From Camelus ferus (Eukaryota): 64,000 bases of DNA. The stretch spans positions 114,144,001-114,208,000 of the forward strand of contig NC_045697.1 of the NCBI RefSeq assembly GCF_009834535.1, written 5' to 3'. Below the pieces are notes generated by a model that saw nothing but the letters and a program-made list of their open reading frames with translations, did not search any database and had not been told where the DNA came from. A program made the translations under genes and the position numbers. Positions 39,963 through 53,919 of the stretch are shown here, one piece after another; within the stretch, counting starts at the first letter, position 1; the number at the start of each line of letters is the position of its first letter.

Positions 39963-40058
39963 GGGGGGAGGAGATAGCTCAGTGGTAGAGTGTATGCTTA
40001 GCATGCACAAGGTCCTGGGCTCAATCCCCAGTACCATCATGTTAAAAAGACAAAAAAA
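39963..40058 (+). mobile_element. tRNA-derived SINE (camelid Vic-1-like)
   Basis: gatagctcagtggtagag (A box) ... gggctcaatcccc (B box), A-tail, near-perfect TSD aagacttat/aagaattat. Confidence 0.9.
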
Positions 40059-43000
40059 AGAATTATGTAGGAAGAAAGAGTCCACAACCATATTTTGCAT
40101 CTCGCTCAATGGATAGTATGATTCTGTTATCTCTGTGCTTGCTACTCTAGCATCCAGAGATCTCTTGGTGAATATCTTCCGCCTCAGTTTGCATATTGAC
40201 CAAAATGGATCCTTACACCCTAGACATTGTATTACACATTTTGGCTTAACTTCCTAATGCTAGTATTAAGTTTACACCTGTGCCTCTTAGGTAAAACTTC
40301 CAGTAATGAAATCTGTTTAGACTAGTTAGCCAGGGTGCACCTTTCCAAGGAATTTGGCAAGCATATAAGCCTAAAATAGCTACTTAACTTCAATGGCTTT
40401 CCATCTCTCTGATCAATTTGCAGTTGCCATGATGGACATGGGGACATTACACAAAATATTTCTATTAAGGGGAAAAAAATCACTATGGGCAGATAACTCT
40501 CGAAAACAATGTGGATGGGCAATTTATCTTGACACATATCTAATATAATGTCATTTTATTATTAATTCCACGGTCAGCCTATAAGTCAACATTATTAAGA
40601 AGTCATTGTTTCGAGATTACTCTTTGACAAATGAAACTGCTTTATTTGGTTAAGCAAATTATTTGCAAGCGTGAGGCAGCTCAAACATTTATTTTCTATC
40701 AAATATTTCTTCACTTAAACATTTTATTTATTCTATACATTTTAGCCAATCTGGCTCCCAATGATGTTGGAATACAGTCAGACTTAATGTGGAGGTGTCA
40801 GGGTTTCTGACATTTAATTCACTTTTTGAAACATTTTTTTCCTTAAAAAGGAGGAAAGTGCTAATAAAAATTGAGAAAATGCGCAAGCCTTTGAATCTAA
40901 TTGAGCATTAGTCTAGTTGATTGAAAGGAACAACGTTACATATGCTTGATTTAATTTGTACATGTTCAAAGTGTCACACGCTTGTCAAAAGGAGTCAGAT
41001 AATAATGTAAATGACATATGTGCATATGTATGCCGTGAATAGGTATGCATGAGCAATTGTAATTTTTTGACTGTTTGCTGATGATCATTTATTGTTACTC
41101 AGTCCTGTGACAGACCCATTCTAAAGGCTGTATCCAGAGGTGAAGATGACATAGTTCTTACTTTTGCCAACTAAGTGGAGACCAGTGGCTAGATCAATCG
41201 ATAAATGACCAATGACCAAGGATGTTTTTCACAGGTTGCCAGAAAATCTCACGATATTACGTTAGATTAGCATCTGTAATAGTTAGATACACTGAAATCA
41301 TTCTATGTTGAAACATAGCTATGTGCTCTTTGCTGGAGTGGAATATTTTTGTTATCCTAGGGAGTATGTACCACATAACATCCAATCATCATTTTTGGAT
41401 CTATAGTTGTTTCTCTTGGCGGTTTATTACTACGGAGTCTGAGGTCCAAATTAGAAGAGGAGAGGAGGGATCTTGATAACAAGATTCAAGAAAGAAATGA
41501 GACAATCAGAAAACAACAACAGGGGCGTTAGTACTCAAAAGAATTGTGTTGAGAACTAATTTCATCTTTTCATCCTGCCTCTTAACTCATGCAGCTTTGA
41601 ACATTACTGCATATTAGTTTTAATAAGGAGACAGTGTTCCTTTGTAAGAATTCACGTCTTCAACCTTCTTCTCTTCACTCCCACAACCAGAGATACTGGT
41701 CCTTCACTTGACTTTGAGACAAGGACCAGGAGATGTTTTGTGATGCAGTGTATGCTGAAGCAACGAGTATCTAAACAAACTCAGGACCTAGTGTCATGTA
41801 TGTAGTGTGTGGCCTCTTTTGACTAAAGAGATACCATGAGGAGGAGAAAGATTTGGGGAACTACTCATTTGCATTGTACCTGTCTGGTCATTGGACATTG
41901 ATCAGTCTTCTCTCAAACAAGCACAGGATGTTAACATTATAGCTCCAGCCTTGAGGGGAGTTTTCATGTCTTATCAAAACCCATCAGTCATGTTTTGGAC
42001 CCCCAGATTGACTGACTTTCCAAACAGATACATGTTTGGAAATTAACTGTATAAGACAATGAAACTGATCATTGTTTCCTTTTCGCTTGAGAGACTAATG
42101 GCCCACATCAACTGCACTTCCGGTGAAACATGAAAGATCCCGCAGGTTGGTATGGGGTGTGTTTTCCAGCACTCAGGATAATCACTGTGGTATTAAGCTA
42201 TGATGACTGTCTACAAAACATGAGTGGTTTGTGGGGGTTTAATTAAATTTATGTCAAAATTACTTTGAAATCCTGGAGAAAAAAATATGCTTCAATAATA
42301 ATGCACATGGTTTTGGCCTTTAAAAATTTGAACAAGTGGAAACATTTACACGGCACATTGGCACAATCTCCGTAGCTCAGAGACAGCTCGTACATAACAC
42401 TACAGCTGCTTTGTTCATTAATTCCACTGCAAACATGCACACTGACTCCTGTATAAATTTGGCACCGCTGTATCTACATCTCCTGGAAGCAGCAGGTATG
42501 GAAGTAAGAGTCATTTAAACAGATCTTTAAATATATGAAAAGAAAAGGACACGGCCATGCCCTTACTATGTAATTCTAATTATTTCACCATCAGAATCCT
42601 ACACAAAATAAATACTTAAATAGGCAAAAATCTTATCTAGACAGCCAGACATTTACCTTACAAGCACAGGGAGCAGACAGTTGCTGTATTTGACTCCAGG
42701 TCATACCAGGAATTTAGAAATTTTACTTGCAGATAAAATAATGTGTTACTCAGAGGCAAAGCCTCTTTTCACCCCAGCCCTCCCCCAGTCCTCCTCACCC
42801 CTGTGTCCCAACAGGGCCCATCCCATTGCTTTTGAGACTGGAATGCTGTGGCCCTGATGGAACTAAGTCCTTACACTGTGGCTTTGGAAGAGGCTACAGC
42901 ATTGCCCTCATTTATAACCCAATCTCCTGACCTTGTTTCCTAAGAAAAGCCCAGGAGAACCAAATTCTTAAGTGCATAAAAAGCACCCTCTAGTCCCTTA

Positions 43001-43096
43001 TTTCCAATCAAATTAGAGTGAATGGATCAATTTGAGCTAGAGCTTTTAGCTATTTCAAAAACGTAGCTTTTTTCCACCAAAGTACTTGACCCCAAT

Positions 43097-43468
43097 TGTA
43101 ATTTGGTGAAGCCACTATGGAAAAAATATACATGTACCCCAGTGTTAATAGCAGCACTATTTACAATAGTCAAGACATGGAACTAACCTAAATGTCCATT
43201 GACAGATGACTGGATAAAGAAAATGTAGCATAAATATATACAATGGAATACTACTCAGCCATAAAAAAGAATAACATAATGTCATTTGCAGAAACATGGA
43301 TGGACCTCGAGACTGACATACTAAGTGAAGTAAGCCAAAAAGAAAATGAAAAAAAAAATACAATATGATATCACTTATATGTGGAATCTAAAAAAAACAA
43401 AAAAGAGACAAATGAACTTATTTACAAAACAGAAGCAGACTCATAGACATAGAAAACTTGTGGTGACC
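43097..43468 (+). mobile_element. L1 ORF2-end/3' UTR fragment with internal deletion
   Basis: gcagcactatttacaatag...aaatgtccattgacagatgactggataaagaaaatg...atcacttatatgtggaatctaaa. Confidence 0.85.
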
Positions 43469-43546
43469 CCAATCGTTTTGCCTTTATCACTCGCCTGCTG
43501 TTTGACTCCTTACCTGACCATCAGCAACTAGCAACAAAGAAGAAAC

Positions 43547-44044
43547 TGTTACTGAGTACAAACTTGTTCTGCTCGCCACATGATAGGCCAATAAATAGGG
43601 AGATGAGGTGTTGGGGCAAGGAATAAACGACTCAGAAAGGCAGCAGACTGAGAAAGTGGCAGACTCGTGTCCTGGAGAACCATCTTCCCCAAGTCAGAAT
43701 TCAGGCTCTTTTTATACTAAAAAAGGAGTGTGGTTGGTTGTTGCAAACTTCTTGGTGTTGGAATTCTTTGTTCTTGCAGCTGTCCATGTGGGTCAGGTCA
43801 TGGTGTCTCTATAAACCTCCAACAAGACAAATGTTGTTTTCTATTCTGCAATTCTTTATAGGAATGGAAACATGTTATATCCTTAAAGGTCGGAGCCTTG
43901 AGAATGGGCTGTCCTATCTATGTCAGGCTCTAGGCAACATTCTTTTACAAAAAGTGCAGAACCAGCATGACTGAGCACAGGAAACAGAGCACAAGGTTTG
44001 AGCCAAATAAACAGGTCTAATAAGATTTCTTCTTCCCTATTACA
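43547..44044 (-). mobile_element. Solo ERV1-type LTR, copy 2
   Basis: tgttact...attaca ends; homologous to copies 1 and 3. Confidence 0.85.
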
Positions 44045-45158
44045 GAGCCATGGTTGTTATTCATGATATCTGTAAGTGTTCATAAGATTCCACTCTGCTT
44101 GGTTCCTTGTCATTTTCTCTGGGCACTTAGATATGTCTCATTCTTAGGACACTCACACCTCTCTTCCATCCTTCTGTCACAAAATCCATCTTCTATACTG
44201 ACTTGGAGTCTGGAATTTTTGACCTTTTGAAGTTATCACAAGTTTACACAGGCTGGATTCTAATTTCAGAGTTCATGTGTTAAGTCACACATTACAACTG
44301 TCTGAAGGTAGGTCCTCCAGAAGACTCAAGTCTCAGCCACATTCTGAGTCTGAAGGAAACTTCAGTCTCAAACCAGTCCGCCCTCCTCCTCTTGGCTTGG
44401 TTGCACTTTGAATGATCAGTGTCCTCTGTGCTCGGTTAATCTCAGCCATGAATCCGCCGTCCACACCACCACGTTTCCCTCATTTTGAACTTCGGGGGCA
44501 AAGGTCACATTCTTTATTCCTACCTACCAGTGCATGGCCAGAGTCTTCACATCAACAGGAGAAATAGCTTCTTGTTGTTTTTTTTTTTTTTTTGACTTTA
44601 TCTAAGGCATGCATATTCACAAATTTTGAGGGAATACATTTCTCTCAAAGTGAATGTGACCCATTTGATTTAAGCTCATATTATACCAAGAGGCCATTCA
44701 AGAGGCTGTTTCCTGAGCACAGACCACCTGGGACTTGGCGCAGCGTTTCCAGGTAAACACACAAAGTTCAGTTGTTTCTGACTGAGCACCACATGAACAC
44801 AAGGAGTTGCATTGCAGCTGTATTTTATTGTCCGCCAAAATTTCTATCACAACTCCACCTAATTTAATCATCAAAAAAATTGTTAAAGGAACTACAGTGT
44901 GAAGGAACATCTCCTATGAAATGAAAATTACTTGACAAAAGGATAGTATTTTTATGGCTTATTAAAAATGAATTTTTATATATCAGATTTGCTAAGGCAC
45001 GATATCACCCAACTGCCCAGGCCTATGATAAATTCCTCATAGTGGGTAAGAATTAAGTAATTCAAATGCCAATTTAAAAATAGTAATGCATATGTACATA
45101 TATACATATTTATACAAAACTTTAACTTTACAGTAAGATTACTGTGCTCTTTTTAACC

Positions 45159-45280
45159 TTTTTTGGGGGGAGATTATTAGGTTTTTTGTTTATTTATATT
45201 TAATGAAGGCACTGGGGATTGAACCCAGGACCTCCTGCATGCTAAGCCTGCACTCTACCACTGAGCTATATACCCTCCCC
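45159..45280 (-). mobile_element. tRNA-derived SINE (Vic-1-like)
   Basis: ctggggattgaacccaggacctcctgcatgctaagcctgcactctaccactgagctatataccctcccc. Confidence 0.9.
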
Positions 45281-45716
45281 TCTTTATGTTTTTCCTTTAT
45301 TGAGTGAAATTTTTTGTGTTTTGTGGGCTATTTGTGATTTTTGTTTTTCTAAGGATAGGATAAAAACCATCTTTTATGGTCCAGTTTCTCTCGCATGCCA
45401 AACATACCCTTACTCTTAAAAAAAAAAAAAAAAGAAATTTACATAAACCGAACACTAACAGTATTGCTTTGCATAGATTATTTAGAATAAAGTAAGGTTT
45501 CAACCGTAAAATTTTCTTTTTCTGAGGAAAAGATGAATGAGATATTTCAAATAATTAGCTCTCATCACTAATAATGGATTGAATCTTGAGAAAATAAACC
45601 TCTTATTTATAATTATCAAATCGTAAAGCACTTGAATAAACTAAATTGTGAGCCAGTTTAAGAAATGATCCTCTTGATTTCTTAATAATATTTTTGTCTT
45701 TTTTTCTGTATATGTA

Positions 45717-45833
45717 TTTTTTTTCATTGAAGTATAGTAGGTTTACAATGGTGTGTCAATTTCCGGTGTACGGCACAATGCTTCAGTCACGCATGAACAT
45801 GCATATATTCGTTTCATATTCTTTTTCACCATA
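45717..45833 (-). mobile_element. L1 3' stub
   Basis: ttttcattgaagtatagtaggtttacaatggtgtgtcaatttccggtgtac. Confidence 0.8.
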
Positions 45834-48649
45834 GGCTGACGTGACATCATCACATTCATATTGCACACCTGCATCTCCAAACTAAGACTGATGTTTAAGT
45901 GCCAAGATCTGTGAGTTTGGAAGTGACGATATTCATCAGGGTTTTTTTTTTTTTTTTTTTTTTTTTGCTTGTATCTGAGTTAACAAATCGGGGAATCTTA
46001 ATGAGAGTTGAGAAAAACGTATTTCTTAAAGTTTTAGAATTTGAGATTATAGAAAAAAGGAGTGAATTTTTTTTTTTTTTTCCTTATAGGACTATCCTAG
46101 TGTGTTTTAGGATAGACAAGGTAAGTTTTCTTTTTCCTGATTGTTTTTTCCCATGAGCTTGGCTCTTGAGTTTTTCTAGTAACACAGTTTCTGTCATTGT
46201 CATAACATTACCTTTCACCTTCTATCTTTACATGATTGAAGAAAGCACAAGAGACTTGGAAGGTAAATGAGGGGCCCAGAGTAAGACAGAAAGGATTTGG
46301 GACAGGCTGTATCTGAATTTCTGTTAATCAGTGATTGATCTCTGCCTTGCATGCTTTTGGAAAAAAAAGACTGAATATACTTTGGGAAATCCACATATGA
46401 TTTCCCCAACAGAGATATATTGCCTGTAACTAAGTACCACAAGGAATCCTCCCTATACCCTCAGTATAATATTGATGTCTAATTTCAGGGAAAATCCAAT
46501 GTGACTTCAATAATTGAGCTATCTGCCTTTTGATAAGAATTAAAAAAAGAAGTCTTGAGATACCTAAGATTCTTGTTGTATGACAGCAACTGATAAAAAA
46601 TACATTTTACTAAAATTCAAATATAGTTATAACAAGATATTTTAATAAGTTATCCTTGAAAAGGAATAATGGTGAGGAAAGAAAGAAATGAAAGGGTGGT
46701 TTCCAGTAATAATACTTGAAGACATGAATGAAAAAAAGTGGTTCTCATTTTTCTTATTTTTATGGGACAAAGCTATAATGGTTTTTGAGGGATCTAGATA
46801 AGAAAGGTTTTTTAAATTATCTCTTTATGCCAGAAGGAAATGAAAATTACATTTGAAAAGGACACTTGGGGCCAGTCACATCAACCGCAACTTTTAAAAT
46901 TTGTTAAAAGTGATGGCACATAAAATGACAGAAAGTTATAGAACATTTAATAACCTGATCAAAAAAATGAATGAAGTTCACGAAAAAAATAGTATTAAAG
47001 CTTGAGTTTTGGTATCCTGTAGGATTAACACTCATTAAAAAAATACCACAATAAAAATCCTGAAAAGGCATTTAATATTGTCTACTGTCAATTCTTGTAG
47101 GGCGAGCAGCCTGACTTTGCTGATTAATTAGATCTTACCCTTCAAACATCCAAAAGCAGTTTTCAAAATCTTAATATTGGTGGGCAAGCTAGCAAAAGGT
47201 AAGATACCAGATGTGAGAGTAGCAAATATGAAGTGTATCCACAAAAATACTCTTTGGGGAATTATTTTTAAAAAGTTTTATGTTTGAATCCTTTCAGCCT
47301 CACTGTAACTAATGACACAAATTCACTGAAGAGAAGGAAAATCACTGCTGTATTTAAATTTAGCCCTATTGCCTTTGTCTGTTATTTTAATATGTGTCTG
47401 TTCTCTTGTCTGACCATTTAAAAGATGATGGATTTAAAAAAAGAAAAAAAAACTGTGACTGTAGCAAACAGGAAAAAGATATTTTGGCTAAGGATTATTC
47501 GTACCTATAAGCAGGTTGATGGGAATCTCTGTCTTCAATTATTGGACTTAAAGGAATGAATTCTCATTTATCAGATTAGATATCGCATGGCTTTACATAT
47601 TAAATTGATTTTACAGAATTTTTTTTAGGAAGATGCAATCTTCATTAAACTTAATGAAAAACTAGGCAAAATATTGCCATGTGTAAAACATAATTGGTAA
47701 CAATATTAAGTTGTTAAGTATTTTAAGGAACTCAGCAAGGAAACTTATCGGAATACATATAGCAAAGCATGTCTAGAAAAGGAAGGAAACAAGAGATTAA
47801 AAATGTTACACCTATACACTCACCTTTTTTGGGGGTTGAACTGATACATACCCAGCCTTAACGCCAGTCTGTATAACTACATATCCATTTCAAAGATGAG
47901 AATGAAATTTACAGAAGACAAATGAGATTGTTACTTTCTCTCTCAAAAGATGTAAAATGTATTTTAATACCCCAAACAATATGTAGTCTCTGAGTCACAA
48001 TTTAGGTTTCAGAGGATCTGGTAAACACCTGTACTTTACAGTGCATCACTTTTATCCCTAACTTTTCACTCATTTCAGCCTTACACCCGTTTTCATTGAT
48101 GTTTAAACACAGCGAGCTCACTGCCACCCAAGGGCCTTTGGGTTCCTGTCCAAAATACCGAAACATATTTTGATACTTTTCTTCAAAATGCATTAAGTAT
48201 TTTATACTTAATTTTATGTATATGTGTGCAGGTTTTACATTTTATGTATAATGTGTGCAATTTTTAAAGTAGAGAACACATTCAGTACAGCTTAGTAACA
48301 TAACAGAAATCTTGCTGGCAATTTTTGCTTTCTGTTTTTTGTCAGCCTTTCTTATTAAACGTAAACTCAGTGAAGGCAGGGACATTTTCTTTCTTATAAA
48401 CCATCTGTGCCAAGTCTAGCCTTGAGGTAACAACTCAGTAAATAAGTAGTGAATAAATGAAGGAACAAAGAAAAGAATAAATATTCAAGAATATCCCTTC
48501 AGAAGTTTTGAAAGATGACAGTAAGAGCAGTTTAGAAAAACATTTTCAGGTTATAAATAAATGACTAACTGGTTTCTAAAGAGTTAAACAGCACAGAAAC
48601 TCTCATACATGTTTAACTATTGCTAGAATCTTTTTTATTTGTATATAGA

Positions 48650-48868
48650 TGTATTTTATTGAAGTATAGTCAGTTACAATGTGTCAATGTCAGGTGTATG
48701 GCATCGTGTTTCAGTCATACATATACATACATACATTTGTCTTCATATTCTTTCTCACCATGTTACTATGAGGTATTGAATAGGATTCCCTGTGCTACAC
48801 AGTATAAACTTGTTGTTTATTTTATGTATATATTTGTATCAGCAAATCTCGAGCTCCCAATTTATGCC
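48650..48868 (-). mobile_element. L1 3' UTR fragment
   Basis: ttttattgaagtatagtcagttacaatgtgtcaat...ttccctgtgctacacag. Confidence 0.85.
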
Positions 48869-49055
48869 ACCGCATAACCATAAGAACCTCTTTGCAAAGG
48901 AGAACCGATGAGTGACTACTAACCCAGCAGGACTTGATCAGGGCCAGGGCTCCACTGTTGGGATGCTTCTGCATCTTCTCAGGGTTCAAGGTGCACACAG
49001 ACACCGCAGGAAATGGCTTAGTGTGCACACATTTCTCTCCTTATTTCTGGTCTTT

Positions 49056-49189
49056 TTTGGGGGGCGGGGTGGGTAGGTGTGGGGGAAGGTAACTAGGTTT
49101 ATTTATTTAATGGAGGTACTGGGGACTGAACCCAGGGCCTCATGCATGGTAAGCACGCTAACACTGAACTATACCCTCCCCCACAAGGG
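49056..49189 (-). mobile_element. tRNA-derived SINE (Vic-1-like) with 13-bp TSD
   Basis: TSD atttctggtcttt at 49043-49055 and 49190-49202. Confidence 0.9.
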
Positions 49190-49494
49190 ATTTCTGGTCT
49201 TTCACTTCCTGTTCACTCCTTGTGTTGTTCCTCTGGCTCTGTGTTTCGTGTATGATGGGGTTTTCCCCAAACGTGCCTTCTGTGATCCACGGGATGCACC
49301 TGTTCAGCCTCTGTTTAAAGCTGTGGTCCCCAGTATCCTCTGCATCCTTGCTTTGCTGTCCCCGGTTCAATGTCAGGGGTACCACTGGTGACACGTTCTC
49401 TAAATACACAGCCTCTTCCATGCAGGTTCCTTGGTGCTCCCTCCAGGACGCCTGGCTGCACTTGTCCTTGGTTTCCTTACCTGCCGGCCCATGC

Positions 49495-49630
49495 TGTCTG
49501 GTTATCTCTGTCTCCTCCCCACTGGAATGACAGTCCGTGAAGTCAGGGGCATTGATAATTCATCCCTGTATCTTCACACCCCAGAACATCATCTGACATT
49601 TAGTAGACGTTCAGTAAATAAGAAATAGCT
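49495..49630 (+). mobile_element. L2 3' end
   Basis: tctgtctcctccccactggaatg...tagtagacgttcagtaaata. Confidence 0.6.
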
Positions 49631-50884
49631 TAAAATACTGAATTAATAGGAAGACAGATGCTTCTCTGGAAGTTCTGCTACGACCGGCAGAAGAATTTGA
49701 GGCCTTTCAGGGACACCTTATGTGTAACTGTATTTGTTTGCCACTTTGTAAGTGACAACAAATCTGAAGAATTGGATTAAGCGGAAAGTAGGACATTCCG
49801 TGGTCGGTAAAGTTAAAATCGCAAGAGTAGAGTCAAGCTGGGTAGAGGGGCTCAAATGGTTTCCCACGGATGTGTCCTCTGCCCATGCCCTGCCTCAGTT
49901 TTCCTCCGCATCAGCTCTGCGGACCTGAGCGCCGGGAAGTGGACTTCTCAGAGTCTGCAGCACCTGGGACTTACTGTCCCCAGGATCCTGTCCCAGGGGA
50001 GACGGCCTCTCTCACACAGCGTCCCGTTAGCACCCCATGTCTGACAGCTGCGTCCCGCGCCCGTCTCAAACCCCTGCCCACCACCTCGCTGCTTACGCCG
50101 GGCCTCCTTCAGATACTGAGGATGGAGTTACCGCCTCCAAGAGGGGACGGGTTGCAGGGAGAGCGTCTTCCTCAAAGAGAACTGTTGCATTGTTACTTGC
50201 AAAGGGGGATAGAGCTGAGCAGTGATGGACTCCTCACTAAAGAAGGAAAACAGATGCAAATATGTATAGAAAGAGGCTCAAAATCATGTTTTTCATTTGG
50301 AAATTGGAAACAGAAGCAACAATTAGACCCTAACACATACCTATTAGAACCACTAAAATAAATAAAAGAAATCCCCAAATTGACAATATCAAATGGTGTT
50401 GCTTTTTTTTTTTTTTTTGTCTTTCGTTTTTCCAAAAGACTTGACACAAACTTGACCTTGACGTAAAATTGAACCCTTTTAATTACTGCCTCTTAGTGGC
50501 TTTTACATTCCAGTTGTCTGATAATGTAAGAATTACAGTTTACACTTGAGAGCTGGTTGTAATTGAGCTCTCAGGCCTGAATTAGCCTTCCCTGCAATCT
50601 GAGTAAAAGGAGGTTTGTGAACCGTTGCAGATGCCACAGATCTGATTTATTGCGAGTAATGATAATCATAGATTAGCACTCTAAATTTTTAAAATTTAAA
50701 ATGCATACTAGTAATTGTTGGAAATCTTCCTGAGAACTCATACCTGATCTTGGAAAGGATAAGAAAGTGTATTCTTTGGGTTCATAGATGCAGGTTTTAA
50801 AAACATCACTGTAGAACAGTCAGAAGTGTCCCCTACTGTGATAATTTCCTCTGCTTCAAAATTTCAGTAATTCTCTGAGCCCAA

Positions 50885-51785
50885 TTAGCTGACAGTTTGG
50901 CAGTTTCTTACAGAGCTGAACAGTTTTACCCTATGATCTGCTAACCATGTTCCTACTTTTTCATCTATTTGAGTTGAAACTTAAGCCCACACCAAAAAAG
51001 ATTTGCATGCAAATGTTTATAGCAACTTTATTCATAATCACCAAAACCTGGAAGCAACCAAGATGTCCTTCAGTAGGTGAATAGATACATAAACAGTGGC
51101 ACATCCATAAAATAAATGCATCAGTGTATGTAAATATGAATGTAAATATAAATTAAATTAAAAATTATTTATAATACTTATATTTATTTTATGTTTTAAT
51201 ATGTACTAGGTAAATATATCTATAATATATTAGTATATTTTAATATTTATAATGTTAATATAATAATTTGATATAATATAATAAATACATGATACAATAC
51301 ATTCATATACATTAATACAGTGGAAAGGAATAAGCTATCAAGCCATAAAAAGACATGAAGGAATCTTAAATGCATGCTGTTAAATGAAAAAGCCAGTCTG
51401 GAAAAGTCAAAACTGTTGCGAGAGTGAAAGGATTAAGGTTTGTCAAGGTTTTAGAGATGAAAGGAGGGGTGAATGGGTGAAATACAGGGGATCTTTAGTG
51501 CTCTGAAACTATTCATCCTGTGTGATACTCTCATGGTGAATACGTGACATCATGCATTTACCAAAACCCATAAAACTGTCCAGCACACGGTAAGCCTTAA
51601 TGTAAGCTACAGACCTCAGTATATAATAATGTGTCACTGTCAGTTCATTAATGTAACAAGTGCACCAAACTAAGGCAAGGGGTTAAAAATAAGGGGAAAT
51701 GGTGGGAATTGATGGGCAGATAAATATCTTTGCACTATGTGCTCACTTTTTCTGTGAACATACATTTTCTAAATATTAGACTGTT
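50885..51785 (+). mobile_element. Old L1 (L1MC/MB-like) 3' region with an AT-rich expansion at about 51120-51320
   Basis: aatgtttatagcaactttattcataatcaccaaaacctggaagcaaccaagatgtccttcagtaggtgaat; gaatcttaaatgcatg. Confidence 0.8.
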
Positions 51786-53274
51786 ACTGAAAAACAAAAG
51801 CTTTTCACTATGATAAGTACAGCAATCTTGCCACAAAAAGCTTAGACATTTTAGTTACCTGGTGGCTCGATACAAAAATGATTACTTTCAAATGTACATA
51901 TTAGAATATATCAATTAGTATTCAATTTGTATTAATATTAATATTAGTATATTCAATTGGTATTAGTATTAATATTCATATTTATTAATACTATCAATAC
52001 AGTTAGTATTCTCCCAATTACTTGTTACAAATAAATTAAATGGAATGAAATATATAATTTTTCTCTCAATATTTTTATATTATAACCAGTATGATCCAGT
52101 TGAATTCTAATGTTTAATGTCTTATTTTAAAAATATGATATATACTATTTTTAAAATATTTGTATATATGTCTATATGCCACTAGAATCCTTAATCACCT
52201 AAGGAAGAAAATCAATACATTTCAGAGTACATGGTTGCTCAGTTGATTGATTTATGCTTCCACTCTGAAATTAAAATGTAGAATGTGAATATACAAAATA
52301 AAATGCTCTATAATTCAAAAGGCCTTCAGGAATAAAAATTATAATTTTTAATATTTTATAAAAATTCTTTTGAAATTATGTAAATGCCTAGTTATTTAAT
52401 TAGAAAAAATGTAATAGTTTTTCAGGTTTAGGATATTAAAATTTTAATGTTTCATCATTTTCTACACCTGCAGCATTATTAGATACAAACTCCATTAGGT
52501 ATATTATAATCACTTATATTTATTGAGGAATAAAAACTAATTCCTAATATTACATAAAACAAAATGGAAGATATCAACTTTTCCTAGTTGCATTAAGCTG
52601 ATTTAATACTGTCTAATTTGTGGGCGTATGTGGTGGGGTGGGGTGGTAAACATCTTTCCAGCATTTAAATTAAAATTTTCATAAGGCATTAATACTCTGG
52701 TGAAGATCAGTTAAAGGAACTATTACCTGATAACCAAGTTTAGCATGAACATTTTAGAAAATAAGATAGTATTATCAGTTGAAGCATAAGAAATTGCTAA
52801 TATTCAACCATTTTCACCTACAAAATAATATTGTGTATTTCAATGATTGAAAGTCAAAGTAAATGTATATGTAAATCAATCATTGCAAATATGTAATCTA
52901 TCAGTTTTACCATTAATTAAAGAAAGAAACAGTTCAGGTAGCGAAACAAGGAAGATACAAAAAACCACCTATGTAACTATTGGCAGTATTTTTAAGAGTT
53001 TAGCATCATTATGGAATTCAGAGGTCGTGACAATGTATCAGAAAGATAAGGCTAAACTAACACTTGATGGTTTAATTATCTAGGCAAGTACTGATCCTAT
53101 GTGTCAACTATCTATGTCCATGACTGTATAGGAGGAGGAGGAAACCAGTATTCTCTTGTGGTCCGGGCGGCAGTCCTGTGTCACTGATAAAGCCTGATAT
53201 TGTCAGATATCTGGTGGGAAAAATCATAGAAAGGTAGCAGCGATATGCTGCTCATTATTCCTATTTGTGCTGCA

Positions 53275-53480
53275 CTAGAAAGTCTAACTTCTGGGGTCAA
53301 GAATACTTGTTCCCAAGCCCACACCTGCCACCTAGGAGCTAGGTCCTTCTCCGGTCAATGACTAGGACATGCAAAAAATACTGTGACATGTGAAAAACAA
53401 TCCTAATGGTCTTTAGTGAGGCTTGAAGAGGATGATGTGTAAACACCTTTATCACAGTGGCAGGCACAGAGTTACGTATA
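53275..53480 (+). mobile_element. Degraded MIR
   Basis: gtgaggcttgaagaggatgatgtgtaaacacc...acagtggcaggcacag. Confidence 0.5.
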
Positions 53481-53919
53481 CCCTAAAAGTGAATTAAAAT
53501 CATTAAATTTATTATTTTCTGCTGCTTGCTGTATTTCTGCTCTGATGTATCATATATAGTGTCCTAGTTACACCTGCAGTGGATAGTTGCTCAGGCAACT
53601 GCAAAACATCTGTATAAATTCAGTTTCATATTTCTCTTCTTGAACTAGCTCCGCACTTAAAATCAAACGATTGGTCTCAATTTTGGTCTTTGCTACATAC
53701 TCACTGTGTGGTAAGTCTTGTAACTTAATTGAGCTCCTCAGTTAAGTGTGAATCATAAATCTCACTTAAAACCTGGTTACTAAAAAAAGGACGTGATGTA
53801 TAATCGTATTTTTTTTTTGATTAATGCTTATTTGAAAGAAAGAACTATACCAACTGATCTTTTTCTTATTCATGCAGAAGTAAGGGCATTTCTAATATAC
53901 TTTTGAAATATACTCATGA

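Noticed and set aside
39963..40035. tRNA-like sequence
   Set aside because: It has an A-tail, a TSD and five sister copies in the window, so it is a SINE head and not a tRNA gene.
42019..42042. Small hairpin ttccaaaca-gataca-tgtttggaa, and similar short stems such as the one near 33813
   Set aside because: Stems of 7-9 bp are expected by chance in 64 kb and are too short for a pre-miRNA.
31147..44044. LTR pair read as the ends of one provirus
   Set aside because: No primer-binding site, gag, pol or env between them. The spacer contains older host repeats, and a third copy has its own TSD.
49870..50361. 163-aa ORF, the longest in the track
   Set aside because: No recognisable domain; open frames are expected in a GC-rich patch; no convincing gene structure.
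51120..51995. Extremely AT-rich tracts with short direct repeats
   Set aside because: Low-complexity slippage expansions with no regular repeat-spacer structure; not CRISPR-like.
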